From: Prevotella sp.
GTDB lineage: Bacteria > Bacteroidota > Bacteroidia > Bacteroidales > Dysgonomonadaceae
Direction: 5' to 3'
DNA length: 64,000 nucleotides
Assembly (NCBI GenBank): GCA_031285625.1
Contig: JAITVV010000089.1
Coordinates: forward strand, 1-64,000
Positions 1 to 9,805 of the stretch are shown here, in pieces. The notes below the pieces were generated by a model. The model was not told where the DNA came from. It saw only the letters and a list, made by a program, of their open reading frames with translations, and made no database searches. How positions within the stretch are numbered: the stretch's first letter is position 1; each line of letters begins with the position of its first letter. A program made the position numbers and the translations under genes.

Positions 1-105
1 TACATTCCAAATATTTTATCGAAATAATTTAACCGACTTTTTTATAAAACAACAACAAATACAACTAAACTCCTTATTTAAAACACATTGGAAAATATCA
101 GAAAT

Positions 106-1050
106 TTAATATAAACTGATAAAACTTGGCTTTATCACTATGCCAAGGCGTAAACGTTGGCGATACTGTTTATAATCTAACATGGATTCTCCATAGCCAT
201 TATAGTACTCAAGGAAGAGATATTGATTATCATCATTGAACAGACGAATGGAAAAGTTTGCTATAATGTTTGCATTAAGATTGACTCCTCCCCTTTTTGT
301 AATCAGAAGTCCTGCATTATATTTCTTCTTCGGGCTGGAATAATCCATTCCGATAAGCCCCCAGCCGGAATATCTTACTATATCTTTATTATTACCACCA
401 TCAACTAAAGGGATCCAAGCTTTGGTATGAAAAGTCCAACGGTCGTTAAATGCAAGATAAGCTCCAAATGATATTTTATTCCAACTTCTGGAATCTTCCC
501 CATCCTTACCATTCGATTCATGTTCGAACTGGAAAGAAATTGTTCCCAGAAATCTGTTATCTCTGACAAGCGCACGCCCCAAACCTAACGTAGGATTAAA
601 GTTAAGATCGCGGAAAGGAAATGATTCCTGAAAAACATTCCAAAATGCTTTTTGAGTATAAGTCAGAAAGAAATATGTCTTGAAAGGCAATGTACTGTTT
701 GTGAGCCGATGACGAATACTTACCTGAAATTTAGCATCGGAATTCATATCTGTAGGTTTTTCAAACAAATTAGTACCTACAATAAAATAATTATCCTTGT
801 AGATGCCAAAAGAAGGCAAAGCATCGAATTTGTTAATTATGCTGTCAGCATTGCTAAGCTGCCTGGATGAACCAAACAAAGAACCCACAATAACATCGGT
901 CTGATGTGATATAAATTGCCCTATATTTTTTGTAGATGTAGAATCAACCTTATTTTCTGCCGGAATTGTGTCTTGTATAGGCTCGTTTTGTGAATATGAA
1001 CTTTGTATAACAACCAGACATAATATAAGGGAGGTCAATAGCTTCCTCAT
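106..1050 (-). CDS. pldA: Outer membrane phospholipase A1 (OMPLA)
   Basis: Signal peptide; HESNG...SRSWN catalytic motif; KFQxS and YYNGYGESMLDY motifs. Confidence 0.9.
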   Translation of the reverse strand: MRKLLTSLILCLVVIQSSYSQNEPIQDTIPAENKVDSTSTKNIGQFISHQTDVIVGSLFGSSRQLSNADSIINKFDALPSFGIYKDNYFIVGTNLFEKPTDMNSDAKFQVSIRHRLTNSTLPFKTYFFLTYTQKAFWNVFQESFPFRDLNFNPTLGLGRALVRDNRFLGTISFQFEHESNGKDGEDSRSWNKISFGAYLAFNDRWTFHTKAWIPLVDGGNNKDIVRYSGWGLIGMDYSSPKKKYNAGLLITKRGGVNLNANIIANFSIRLFNDDNQYLFLEYYNGYGESMLDYKQYRQRLRLGIVIKPSFISLY

Positions 1051-1065
1051 ATATAAATTATAAAT

Positions 1066-1545
1066 TCATTTACTTATCAGCCCTGAAAGCACTTCATATG
1101 CAATAGGGCAAGTAGATGCATTTTTAACAGTTAATTTATATATTTGTTCAAAGTTCTTACGGTCGGTATGTGGATATTCGCGGCAAGCCTTAGGGCGCGA
1201 GTCATATATAGAACAATAATTATCGTCCATAAGAAAAGGGCAGGGCATAGATTTGAAAACATAATCGCCGTCTTCATCGATCCGCAAATATGTAGAAACA
1301 ACCTCAGAAGGTTTTATTCTCAAAGCCTTTGCCATGCGTTCGATATCCCTATCATAAATGGCAGGCCCTAATGATCTGCAACACTTAGCACAAGACAGAC
1401 AATCAATCTTTTCAGAAACCTCTTCATGCAACAAATGAACAACAGTATCCATCTTGGACAAACGTCTCTTATTCTTTTTGTAGTATTGTAAGAATTCCGG
1501 TTTTGCCTTTTCTGCTATCAGATGCAAATTTTCATACTGTTTCAT
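1066..1545 (-). CDS. YkgJ-family cysteine-cluster (CxxCxxCC) protein
   Basis: CLSCAKCC, CPFL and CSIYDSRPKACREYP motifs. Confidence 0.85.
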   Translation of the reverse strand: MKQYENLHLIAEKAKPEFLQYYKKNKRRLSKMDTVVHLLHEEVSEKIDCLSCAKCCRSLGPAIYDRDIERMAKALRIKPSEVVSTYLRIDEDGDYVFKSMPCPFLMDDNYCSIYDSRPKACREYPHTDRKNFEQIYKLTVKNASTCPIAYEVLSGLISK

Positions 1546-2596
1546 TTATTCTATCTTCTAAGCGGGATATTTCTCCTATCAACGGCACTCTCATTCTTAT
1601 TTTTATATCTTCTTTGTCGTATTTATGTCCAATGAGAAACATCAACTTTGCTAAAGCAGCTTCGAAAGTAGAATCAAAACCACTAACTACACCGGCCCTT
1701 AATAACTCACGACCTGTCTCGTAAAGTTGCATGTTCACAAAACCTATTTCACACTGGGAAATATTAACGATAACAACCCCTCTTTTTACGGTTTCGCGAA
1801 CTAACTCAAGAAACCAGGGAGATAAAGGAGCATTTCCCGAACCATACGTTTCCAGAATAATAGCACGAATATTCTTCAAAGTAAAAATCGCTTCTACAGT
1901 CTGTTTATCAATACCGGGAAAAAGCTTAAGCGAAGCTATCCTATTATCAAGTCGATAATGAAATATTGTCTTCTTCTCATAATCAGGCTTAAATATAAGT
2001 TTACGATCATACCTTATCTGTATTCCTGATTTTCCCAAATTAGGATAATTATATGATTTAAAGGCATTAAAATTATCTGCATTTACCTTGGTTGCCCTAT
2101 TACCCCGGATTAGATCATTCTGAAAAAAGATGCAGACTTCAGGTACTATCGGGTTTCCCAGATTATCTTTATCCGCCGCAATTTCTAATGCAGTAATAAG
2201 ATTCTCTTTGGCATCTGTCCTCAACTTACCAATTGGTAGCTGCGCACCTGTAAGAACTACCGGCTTCTGAAGGTTCTCGAGCATAAAACTAAGAGCCGAG
2301 GCTGTGTAAGCCATTGTATCTGTTCCATGCAGAATAACAAAACCATCATATTTATTATAATTATCTTCTATAATATGAACTATCTTCTTCCAATGTTCCG
2401 GAGTAATCTCAGAGGAGTCAATCACCGGATCAAACACCAGATGGTCTACATGAAATTTGAAACGTTGCAACTCAGGTAAATGATTATTTAAATGTGCAAA
2501 ATCGAAGGGCTCAAGAGATCCGGTAACCGGATTTTCGACCATTCCGATTGTACCTCCCGTATAAAGCAACAAGATATGTGCATTAACATCAATCAT
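1532..2596 (-). CDS. ansA: L-asparaginase type I
   Basis: YTGGTIGM and HGTDTMAY motifs; no signal peptide. Confidence 0.92.
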   Translation of the reverse strand: MIDVNAHILLLYTGGTIGMVENPVTGSLEPFDFAHLNNHLPELQRFKFHVDHLVFDPVIDSSEITPEHWKKIVHIIEDNYNKYDGFVILHGTDTMAYTASALSFMLENLQKPVVLTGAQLPIGKLRTDAKENLITALEIAADKDNLGNPIVPEVCIFFQNDLIRGNRATKVNADNFNAFKSYNYPNLGKSGIQIRYDRKLIFKPDYEKKTIFHYRLDNRIASLKLFPGIDKQTVEAIFTLKNIRAIILETYGSGNAPLSPWFLELVRETVKRGVVIVNISQCEIGFVNMQLYETGRELLRAGVVSGFDSTFEAALAKLMFLIGHKYDKEDIKIRMRVPLIGEISRLEDRINETV

Positions 2597-2641
2597 AATT
2601 CACCTAATAACTTTTACAACCTTAAAATATATTTTTGTCAC

Positions 2642-3289
2642 TTATCTAAATGTAATCTCAACATTTCGAGCCACTAATGTAGCAAAATGATTTTTATCAA
2701 CCCCTATATCACGAGAAATATTTTCATATACTTTACAAATAGTCAAATCAGACATATCAGTTTCACAGAAAATATTTTCCATCGGGATATGCTTTAATGA
2801 ATCAACATTGAACTTCTCTCCCAAAGAAAATTTGAATCCGATTTTACCCAACTGTTGAGTCTGTTCGGGATTTCCTCTATACCCATGAATAATCCATGGA
2901 ATACTATATTTGTTATATTCTTTATATAAAGCGATTAACTCTCCCCATGCTCTCACACAATGTATGATAAGAGGCTTCCCCTTCTGTGTAGCCAACTCTA
3001 TTTGCTGCCTGAATACTTTAATTTGAACACTTAACTCCGGGCCTTTAAGTTTATCTAATCCTACCTCCCCAACGGCAACAACATTTGGCTCGGAAAGTAT
3101 CTTTATCATCTGCTCCATATTAGCATCTATCGCATTCCATGGATGGATACCACACGAAAACCAACTATCGGGAAACAAACTTTTCCGGGCATAGAAATCT
3201 TCCGGATATGTATTGAGAATACATTTCACCTGATAGTCCGCTGCCTGGGCAGCATCGAATTTATGTGTATGGATATTATACAGATACAT
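2642..3289 (-). CDS. TatD-family hydrolase
   Basis: HTH, GIHPW, GEVGLD, IIHCV and ETD motifs. Confidence 0.88.
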   Translation of the reverse strand: MYLYNIHTHKFDAAQAADYQVKCILNTYPEDFYARKSLFPDSWFSCGIHPWNAIDANMEQMIKILSEPNVVAVGEVGLDKLKGPELSVQIKVFRQQIELATQKGKPLIIHCVRAWGELIALYKEYNKYSIPWIIHGYRGNPEQTQQLGKIGFKFSLGEKFNVDSLKHIPMENIFCETDMSDLTICKVYENISRDIGVDKNHFATLVARNVEITFR

Positions 3290-3300
3290 AATCCAAAATA

Positions 3301-3338
3301 AAAAACGAGATAATCTTCTGTTCAGAAAAAAATCTCGT
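3301..3338 (-). terminator. Probable intrinsic terminator after folE
   Basis: acgagat...atctcgt stem with a T-run on the minus strand. Confidence 0.5.
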
Positions 3339-3360
3339 AGCTGTTTAATGCTATATCATC

Positions 3361-3924
3361 TTATCTGATAAGATTAATAAATTCTTCGCGCGTTTTAGCC
3401 TGATTGAACACCCCTGTAAAATCAGAAGTGGTAGTGGTTGAATTCTGCTTTTGCACCCCCCGCATTTGCATACACATATGCTGAGCCTCGATCACAACCA
3501 TCACACCTAAAGGGTTCAGCGTGGTCTGGATACACTCCTTTATTTGTAATGTCATTCGCTCCTGAACTTGCAGCCTGCGCGAGAATACATCGACAACACG
3601 GGCGATTTTACTCAACCCTGTTATATGTCCGTTAGGAATATATGCAACATGGGCTTTCCCCCAAAATGGGAGCATATGGTGCTCACACAAAGAGTAAAAG
3701 TCAATATCTTTGACTATTACCATTTGCCTGTAATCCTCTTTAAATAACGCTTTTTTTAAAATTTCTTCAGGATTTTCATCATATCCTTTAGTCAGAAACT
3801 TCATAGCTTTAGCAACTCTCTGTGGAGTAGACAGTAGTCCTTCGCGTCCGGCATCTTCTCCAAGGAGCGATATGATACCTTTGTAATGCTCGGCCAGTAA
3901 GTCCACTTTGTTTTCCTCTTGCAT
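3361..3924 (-). CDS. folE: GTP cyclohydrolase I
   Basis: [25 protein letters not shown] and HMCMQMRG motifs. Confidence 0.96.
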   Translation of the reverse strand: MQEENKVDLLAEHYKGIISLLGEDAGREGLLSTPQRVAKAMKFLTKGYDENPEEILKKALFKEDYRQMVIVKDIDFYSLCEHHMLPFWGKAHVAYIPNGHITGLSKIARVVDVFSRRLQVQERMTLQIKECIQTTLNPLGVMVVIEAQHMCMQMRGVQKQNSTTTTSDFTGVFNQAKTREEFINLIR

Positions 3925-3944
3925 TGTGAAGATAATTTAGTTCC

Positions 3945-4445
3945 CTATCGTTTTACCACTTCGGAAACGACTGTCATCTCACGTCCGAATGAAGGGAATG
4001 ATTTTCTCATATCCTGAAGCATATCTTCTGCTTCTTCCTTCGTGCGGAAACTCCCGACACGTAATCTCCAAAACGGAGACTGGAAAGATACAGATGTTCT
4101 CATTTCAGGATATACTTTTTTTATCTGGGCTTGTTTCGACTCAGCCTCTCTTTTAGATTGTTGCTGATTGTTGCCCATGAAAACCTGAATTTTATATTCT
4201 CTTACCCTAGTTCCGGGAGGCACATTACCAAATGCATGAGAATCCGAGTCGCCTGCAGAATCCGTTGCATCTTCATTGTAAACAGCAATCTTTCCCTGCA
4301 GAATATCATCTTGCATCACTTTCACATCCCCTTGTCCCCATTTAGATGAATTAATTTCGTCTATTATTGTTTTGTGATCACTCTGTGCTGATACACAAAT
4401 GGAGATCAGGGTGAGTATAAAGAAAATATAAATACTTTTTTTCAT
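3945..4445 (-). CDS. SPOR-domain periplasmic protein
   Basis: Signal peptide; YKIQVF...WRLRVGSF SPOR pattern. Confidence 0.8.
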   Translation of the reverse strand: MKKSIYIFFILTLISICVSAQSDHKTIIDEINSSKWGQGDVKVMQDDILQGKIAVYNEDATDSAGDSDSHAFGNVPPGTRVREYKIQVFMGNNQQQSKREAESKQAQIKKVYPEMRTSVSFQSPFWRLRVGSFRTKEEAEDMLQDMRKSFPSFGREMTVVSEVVKR

Positions 4446-4459
4446 ATTGTATATTAAAT

Positions 4460-4494
4460 ATGTTGCGAGTATTCAGGTTGACTACCCGCAACAT
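4460..4494. terminator. Stem-loop downstream of tpiA
   Basis: atgttgcg...cgcaacat inverted repeat. Confidence 0.55.
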
Positions 4495-4507
4495 TACTTA
4501 TAATAGA

Positions 4508-5254
4508 TTAAAATCCTTCGATAACCGGAATGAATTTTTCAACATCCAGTGAAGCACCACCAATAAGACCTCCATCAATATCAGGGCATCCGAATAATTC
4601 TTTAGCATTACCACCATTAGCGCTACCGCCATAAAGAATAGAAGTATTGTCTGCTACTTCTTTTCCATACTTATCTGCAATTGTCTTACGAATAAATGCA
4701 TGCATTTCCTGAGCTTGAGCAGATGTTGCTGTAAGGCCTGTACCAATAGCCCACACCGGTTCGTAAGCGATAACTATTTTAGAGAAATCTTCAGCAGAAA
4801 GACCAAATAGAGCATCCACTGTTTGTTTTTTCACAACATCAAAATGTACATTTTTTTCTCTTTCCTCTTTTGTTTCGCCAATACAGAAGATAGGGCTCAA
4901 TCCGTTAGCTAAAGCTAAAAGAGTTTTCTCTTTCAGGATCGCATCTGTTTCTCCATAATAAGTACGACGTTCTGAGTGACCAAGAATTACATATTTTGCA
5001 CCAGTAGAAGCAACCATAGCAGCTGAAACTTCACCTGTATATGCCCCTGAAGCTTTGTCAGCACAGTTTTGAGCGGCAACACCTAATTTAGTTGATGAAG
5101 CTACACTTGCCAAATGAATAAAAGGAGTGCCGATAATTACATCACATTTCAATGTTTTACCAGCCAAAGCTGCTTCCAGTTCTTTAGCAAAAGTTACACC
5201 TTCTTGTAGGTTTTTGTTCATTTTCCAGTTTCCTGCAACAATATTCTTTCTCAT
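4508..5254 (-). CDS. tpiA: Triosephosphate isomerase
   Basis: [23 protein letters not shown] and GGASL motifs. Confidence 0.98.
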   Translation of the reverse strand: MRKNIVAGNWKMNKNLQEGVTFAKELEAALAGKTLKCDVIIGTPFIHLASVASSTKLGVAAQNCADKASGAYTGEVSAAMVASTGAKYVILGHSERRTYYGETDAILKEKTLLALANGLSPIFCIGETKEEREKNVHFDVVKKQTVDALFGLSAEDFSKIVIAYEPVWAIGTGLTATSAQAQEMHAFIRKTIADKYGKEVADNTSILYGGSANGGNAKELFGCPDIDGGLIGGASLDVEKFIPVIEGF

Positions 5255-5281
5255 GATTAAGTATTTATTATATAATTAATA

Positions 5282-6616
5282 TTATTCCTCTATTTGTTCG
5301 TTATCCCTAGCTGCTGCTTCCTTTCTCATCTTTCTGAAAAATAGAAAATCGAATCCTTTCAGAAGTAATAACGGAAAGAAAAATACGACACAAACACCAA
5401 TTAAATTCTTTTGATCCTCTTCCTTTGTATTTATCATTTGTCCATAAGGAAGATCTTCCAGAGGCTTGGTTAGGCTCTCTTCTCCGGGAACATCAATATC
5501 TGCCCATTTGTTGACTACAACACCGTTTTTTAACAGAATAAGTCCCGGATTAGAACGTATTACTGTTTTCAGCATACGCCCATCAGCTGCACAAAAATCA
5601 AAATTGATCGTATTATCTTTCGACCATTGCATTATTTCATCTGTAGCTGAAGCCGTCACACATAAAGACTCGTACCCATGGTCTTTCGCATAATTCTCTA
5701 CATCTTCGAAACCACTAAGATATGACATATCCATAGTTGTCAAAGAAGGAGTTATCATCAGAAAAACATAATTGGAATCCGATAATATCTCCTGGGTAAT
5801 ATCCAGTTGCGTTTCAACCTCTGTTTTTTCCGCATTGAATATAAGCTTATTAATCAAAAAATCATTTATAACAGGCTTCTCTCCCTCCTTGATTACTTTT
5901 GTATCCATACGGACAAATACCCAGGTACTATCTTCCCATGGATAATTATCTTCTGTAAATTCCTTTTCCACCCCATCTTTGGCATAAACCAGAAAAGACT
6001 TTTCTTCCCTGCCTTTTCCATCTTCTACGTTCATCAGTTCTGGGATATCCGAACCTATTTTATAAGGACGAAAATCGAAAAGCGGATCATAAAGATAGTT
6101 ACGAAACGCAAACAAGCCAATAAAAATAAAAATATAAAGGAAAGCTAACCAATAGGTTTTCCCTGTAAACAGGTTACTGATATGCTCACAATACCTGAAT
6201 ACAATAATAGAACATATCAATAAAACTATATTTTTATAAAATGTCTGCCAATTGGTAATAATCAGCGCATCGCCAAAGCATCCACAGTCATCCACAGGAT
6301 CAGCAATAGCAAGATACAGTGTCAGTATTGTCATGAAAATCATAACAACTAAAGTGAGTCGTGAATTCCATTTCCGATAGAGCCCAAACAGCATACATGC
6401 CCCCATCGCAAATTCGACAATACTCTGGAGGACTGATCCGGGCAACGATAAGAAGGATAAAGAAGACAGATTGAAGGCTGCAAAATAATCTTCGATCTTA
6501 TACGCTGTACCAAAAGGATCGACAGCCTTTACAAAACCTGAAAATATAAAAGTAACCCCCAGAATAATCCTGGAGATCTCTACCAATATCTTTATACCTA
6601 TATCCTTTTTACTCAT
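5282..6616 (-). CDS. DoxX/MauE-like membrane protein (BT_3928 family)
   Basis: SGFVKAVDP and DCGCFGDA motifs; usual position upstream of tpiA in Bacteroidota. Confidence 0.8.
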   Translation of the reverse strand: MSKKDIGIKILVEISRIILGVTFIFSGFVKAVDPFGTAYKIEDYFAAFNLSSLSFLSLPGSVLQSIVEFAMGACMLFGLYRKWNSRLTLVVMIFMTILTLYLAIADPVDDCGCFGDALIITNWQTFYKNIVLLICSIIVFRYCEHISNLFTGKTYWLAFLYIFIFIGLFAFRNYLYDPLFDFRPYKIGSDIPELMNVEDGKGREEKSFLVYAKDGVEKEFTEDNYPWEDSTWVFVRMDTKVIKEGEKPVINDFLINKLIFNAEKTEVETQLDITQEILSDSNYVFLMITPSLTTMDMSYLSGFEDVENYAKDHGYESLCVTASATDEIMQWSKDNTINFDFCAADGRMLKTVIRSNPGLILLKNGVVVNKWADIDVPGEESLTKPLEDLPYGQMINTKEEDQKNLIGVCVVFFFPLLLLKGFDFLFFRKMRKEAAARDNEQIEE

Positions 6617-6623
6617 CCGGTAT

Positions 6624-7175
6624 TTAATCCTCTTTCTCAGGATATTCCAACTTGATCAAACCAAAGAGAGAGTAATTTATCATATCCATATAGTTGGCAT
6701 CGATACCCTCTGATACGATTGTTTTCCCTTTGTTTTCCTCTATTTGTTTTGTGCGATATATTTTCGTCAAAATGAGATCTGTATACGAGCTTATCCGCAT
6801 TGCACGCCATGCCTCATCATAATCATGATTCTTGGCATACATCAGCTCTTTGGTTTCAGTTATATGCTTATCATACAATGACAAAGCTTCTTCTTCCGAG
6901 ATATCAATGCTATCAACAAAGCCTAATTCCAACTGAATCAGCCCAATAACGCCATAATTTACAATACCTATAAATTCAGGGGTAATACCTTCATCAATAA
7001 GGCTCACTCCTTTTTCTTCAATGCTTCTTATACGTTTTGCCTTGATTAATATCTGGTCAGTAACTGACTGTGGACGAAGAATACGCCACGATGCGCCATA
7101 GTCTTTTAACTTCTTAGCAAAAAGGGTACGGCATATTGCTATTACATGTTCAAATTGCTGTTTCGTATCGGCCAT
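6624..7175 (-). CDS. DUF1599 domain protein
   Basis: Duplicated KxxDYxxxW motif (KLKDYGASW, KNHDYDEAW). Confidence 0.85.
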   Translation of the reverse strand: MADTKQQFEHVIAICRTLFAKKLKDYGASWRILRPQSVTDQILIKAKRIRSIEEKGVSLIDEGITPEFIGIVNYGVIGLIQLELGFVDSIDISEEEALSLYDKHITETKELMYAKNHDYDEAWRAMRISSYTDLILTKIYRTKQIEENKGKTIVSEGIDANYMDMINYSLFGLIKLEYPEKED

Positions 7176-7200
7176 GTGAATATCTCTATTTTTCAGCCAA

Positions 7201-7208
7201 CAAAGGTA
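7201..7208 (-). promoter_or_regulatory. Bacteroidota sigma-A -7 element (TACCTTTG) for the DUF1599-tpiA operon
   Basis: Matches TAnnTTTG about 25 nt upstream of the start codon. Confidence 0.6.
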
Positions 7209-7327
7209 TGAAAAATAGTTTAATGTCGGGATTTATAACAAGTCAATAATAAGGGCTTTCACTTTTTATAAGTTTTGGCTACGAATTTCTCCTTTTCATT
7301 CCTCTGGGTATTTATTATATATAAGGT

Positions 7328-7438
7328 TCAAAAAAAGTAACAACTACCAAAAATTACAAATAGCTAATAGAAAGGAACTTACATCAAAAAGGTGACAAAA
7401 GTAACACTTTTTATACTGTTTCTTTAGCTGTTACTTTT
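7328..7438 (+). repeat. Dispersed intergenic AAAGTRACA element, copy A
   Basis: gtaaca at 7337; gtgaca-aaa-gtaaca at 7392-7406; inverted tgttac at 7429; aligns with the reverse complement of 25897-26004. Confidence 0.75.
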
Positions 7439-7626
7439 CCTTCTATTCTGAAAAATCAAAGATCTCTTTATATAAGACAATTTTGAGCATTAAACACCTG
7501 CCTTATTTACAAATAATGCAATTCAAATTAGCACTTTATGGAGGGAAATTACCTATAAGTTAATTTTTATTCTTAAAATTGTCATCTCAATATACAAAAC
7601 CTTAACATTCAGATTTATTTAAAGCA

Positions 7627-9270
7627 ATGGCTCATGAAGCGCACCTCATAATAGAGAATAAGGAAAGGCAGTTATTGACTTTCAAAATGGATTATTTTAA
7701 AGTACAAAACTCAATTTTAGATAAGTGGGCTTATACTACTATAAATGATACACTCGATTCATTATCTGATGCATCCAGGTCATCATTGAGTTCTTTCTAC
7801 TCCAAAGATGCGATCCCGTTTGGCGGTTTTTTCAACCTAACGATGGAAACTACAAGCGACGACTCTTGGTTATATGAATGGTTTCTGCCCGACGAGAGCA
7901 GTTCCACGATGGTAAAACATGGTAGAATTGATTTTTATGGAGATGATGAATTTTATCCTTTTAAACGGATAGAGTTTTGGGACGCATGGATTCCGAATAT
8001 TTCAGAAGCTATGTGTAGCACTGGCACAAATTCGATGATAATGTCTTTGCAGCTAATGCCTGCAACTATAAGATACAATAACGAAGAAGTACACCGAAAA
8101 GTCTGGTATATAACAGATATCGATAAAAAGGCAAAGAATGTAGTCAGTGAGGAAAGGGAATTATTTGTAACCGATATCAAGTGGAGAGGACGAAAAAAAG
8201 ACTATATTTCTTCTGTTTATCGTAAGGATATGATGCTGAATCACAATCTGACATTAGAAGTTGAAGTTAAAAACCATTTGCCAGGTGATTCCTTCGAACT
8301 GCAAGTAAAGCAAAGCAACGGAAGAAGGATAAAAGGCCAAGGCTCTGAATTTACTGTAACAGGTCATGTAAACGATGAGGGTAACATTATATTAATAGAG
8401 AATTTCAAAGTAGAATGTGATTTTGCTGAAGACAATCAGAATTTTGGTAATATTGAGTTTTATCATAAAGGGAGAAAGGTTGCCGAGTTTAAAGAGAATT
8501 TCGGGTGGACTTGGATAAAAGAAGGAGGAAAATTGAAAATATTTGTGAATACTGAAGTAACTGTTGCCAAATTAGCCACTGGTTGTACTCTTGATGATTA
8601 TAAACCGGCCATTAATGAGCAATTTAAGAGAACATTAGAACTTTCGTCGAATGGATTAGTAACAGGAAAGATATTTTTTTCGGGTACATTTATGAGAGAA
8701 TTACCTCAATTAGTACCCCAATTACATTTCGATGAAAAACGAAAATATCAGGGGACTAATTTATTTTTTATGGGTAATCATGATAAAGGCAGAGTTGAGG
8801 TTCTTACTGAGGCAGTAGATAATGATTATAATTTAATGGATATTGGTGAAACTGCTATACATGAATTATTTCATTCTTTACGTTTAGATCATCCTTTTGA
8901 AAGAACTGTTGGTAAAGACACCAAATTAGTAATGGATTTGTCTAAAACAGACGCTTATCTTACTACTCCTGAAACAAACCCATTAATTTATTGGAATATT
9001 ATGAATTACGATGATATTACAATCAATGGTAAATTATTAAAAAATTTACACAAAACGAGGCGACCTGAGCTTATCACAAATGGTCAACTTAGGGTATTAT
9101 TCTCTGAAATAGAAAAACAGAGAAATGGCTCAGGGGTAATTGATGGCACTGATATAACTGCAAAGGATGGGGTTGTATGGAGTAACTTTGAATACTATTG
9201 GGAAGAAGATTATATTGGCGCTTGGGTTCATCCAAAACGATTTAAGTATAACGAACCAGAAATATTATGA
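7627..9270 (+). CDS. TssD (Bacteroidota Hcp)-like domain fused to a zinc metallopeptidase-like C-terminus; putative T6SS effector
   Basis: N-terminal ~160 aa follows the TssD pattern (GGxFNLTMET..DD..L.EW, GRI.F, IEF.DAW, SM.MSL.L.P); C-terminal HELFHSLRLDH plus a NIMNY Met-turn-like motif. Confidence 0.7.
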   Translation: MAHEAHLIIENKERQLLTFKMDYFKVQNSILDKWAYTTINDTLDSLSDASRSSLSSFYSKDAIPFGGFFNLTMETTSDDSWLYEWFLPDESSSTMVKHGRIDFYGDDEFYPFKRIEFWDAWIPNISEAMCSTGTNSMIMSLQLMPATIRYNNEEVHRKVWYITDIDKKAKNVVSEERELFVTDIKWRGRKKDYISSVYRKDMMLNHNLTLEVEVKNHLPGDSFELQVKQSNGRRIKGQGSEFTVTGHVNDEGNIILIENFKVECDFAEDNQNFGNIEFYHKGRKVAEFKENFGWTWIKEGGKLKIFVNTEVTVAKLATGCTLDDYKPAINEQFKRTLELSSNGLVTGKIFFSGTFMRELPQLVPQLHFDEKRKYQGTNLFFMGNHDKGRVEVLTEAVDNDYNLMDIGETAIHELFHSLRLDHPFERTVGKDTKLVMDLSKTDAYLTTPETNPLIYWNIMNYDDITINGKLLKNLHKTRRPELITNGQLRVLFSEIEKQRNGSGVIDGTDITAKDGVVWSNFEYYWEEDYIGAWVHPKRFKYNEPEIL

Positions 9271-9725
9271 TAAAGAGATTACTATTACTATCACTCATTA
9301 CATTTCTTGCAAATAGCTGCTTAGCTCAAAAAAATAATATGCAAGAAGATTGTTCTCATTATTACGATAAAACAACAGGGAGAAATGTCTATATCAGTTT
9401 TACTTCTGCACCTATTTCACCAGATAGCATACCAGAAGGATATTTGAACTATATTTATAGGAATATAAAGATTTCTGTTGATGATCTTATTTACCACTCA
9501 GCAATAAGACCGAAGTATAAGATTATAATGGATGAAAAAGGAAAAATAATTAAGTGTACACCTTTATTTAATGGAAAAGAAAAAAATATTTTAGACTTTA
9601 CAGTATTGGATAAAGAGATAATACGAATATTTGAAGAATCGGAAAATTGGACTCCTGCAAAATGTAAAGATAGGAATATAGCTACCCAAGCAATTGTAGT
9701 AGTAAAAAGACCTCATTTAAAGTAA
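9267..9725 (+). CDS. Exported protein with a TonB-C-terminal-like pattern; candidate immunity protein
   Basis: ATGA overlap with the upstream gene; signal peptide (possible lipobox ANSC); DKEIIRIFEESENWTPAKC resembles TonB_C. Confidence 0.5.
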   Translation: MIKRLLLLSLITFLANSCLAQKNNMQEDCSHYYDKTTGRNVYISFTSAPISPDSIPEGYLNYIYRNIKISVDDLIYHSAIRPKYKIIMDEKGKIIKCTPLFNGKEKNILDFTVLDKEIIRIFEESENWTPAKCKDRNIATQAIVVVKRPHLK

Positions 9726-9752
9726 TTTAAAGCTACCCTAAGCACTAACAAC

Positions 9753-9786
9753 AAAAGAGGCTATATAATCAGATCATACAGCCTCT
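9753..9786. terminator. Intrinsic terminator between convergent genes
   Basis: aaaagaggct...agcctct stem. Confidence 0.65.
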
Positions 9787-9805
9787 CAATATATTATTAC
9801 AATGA

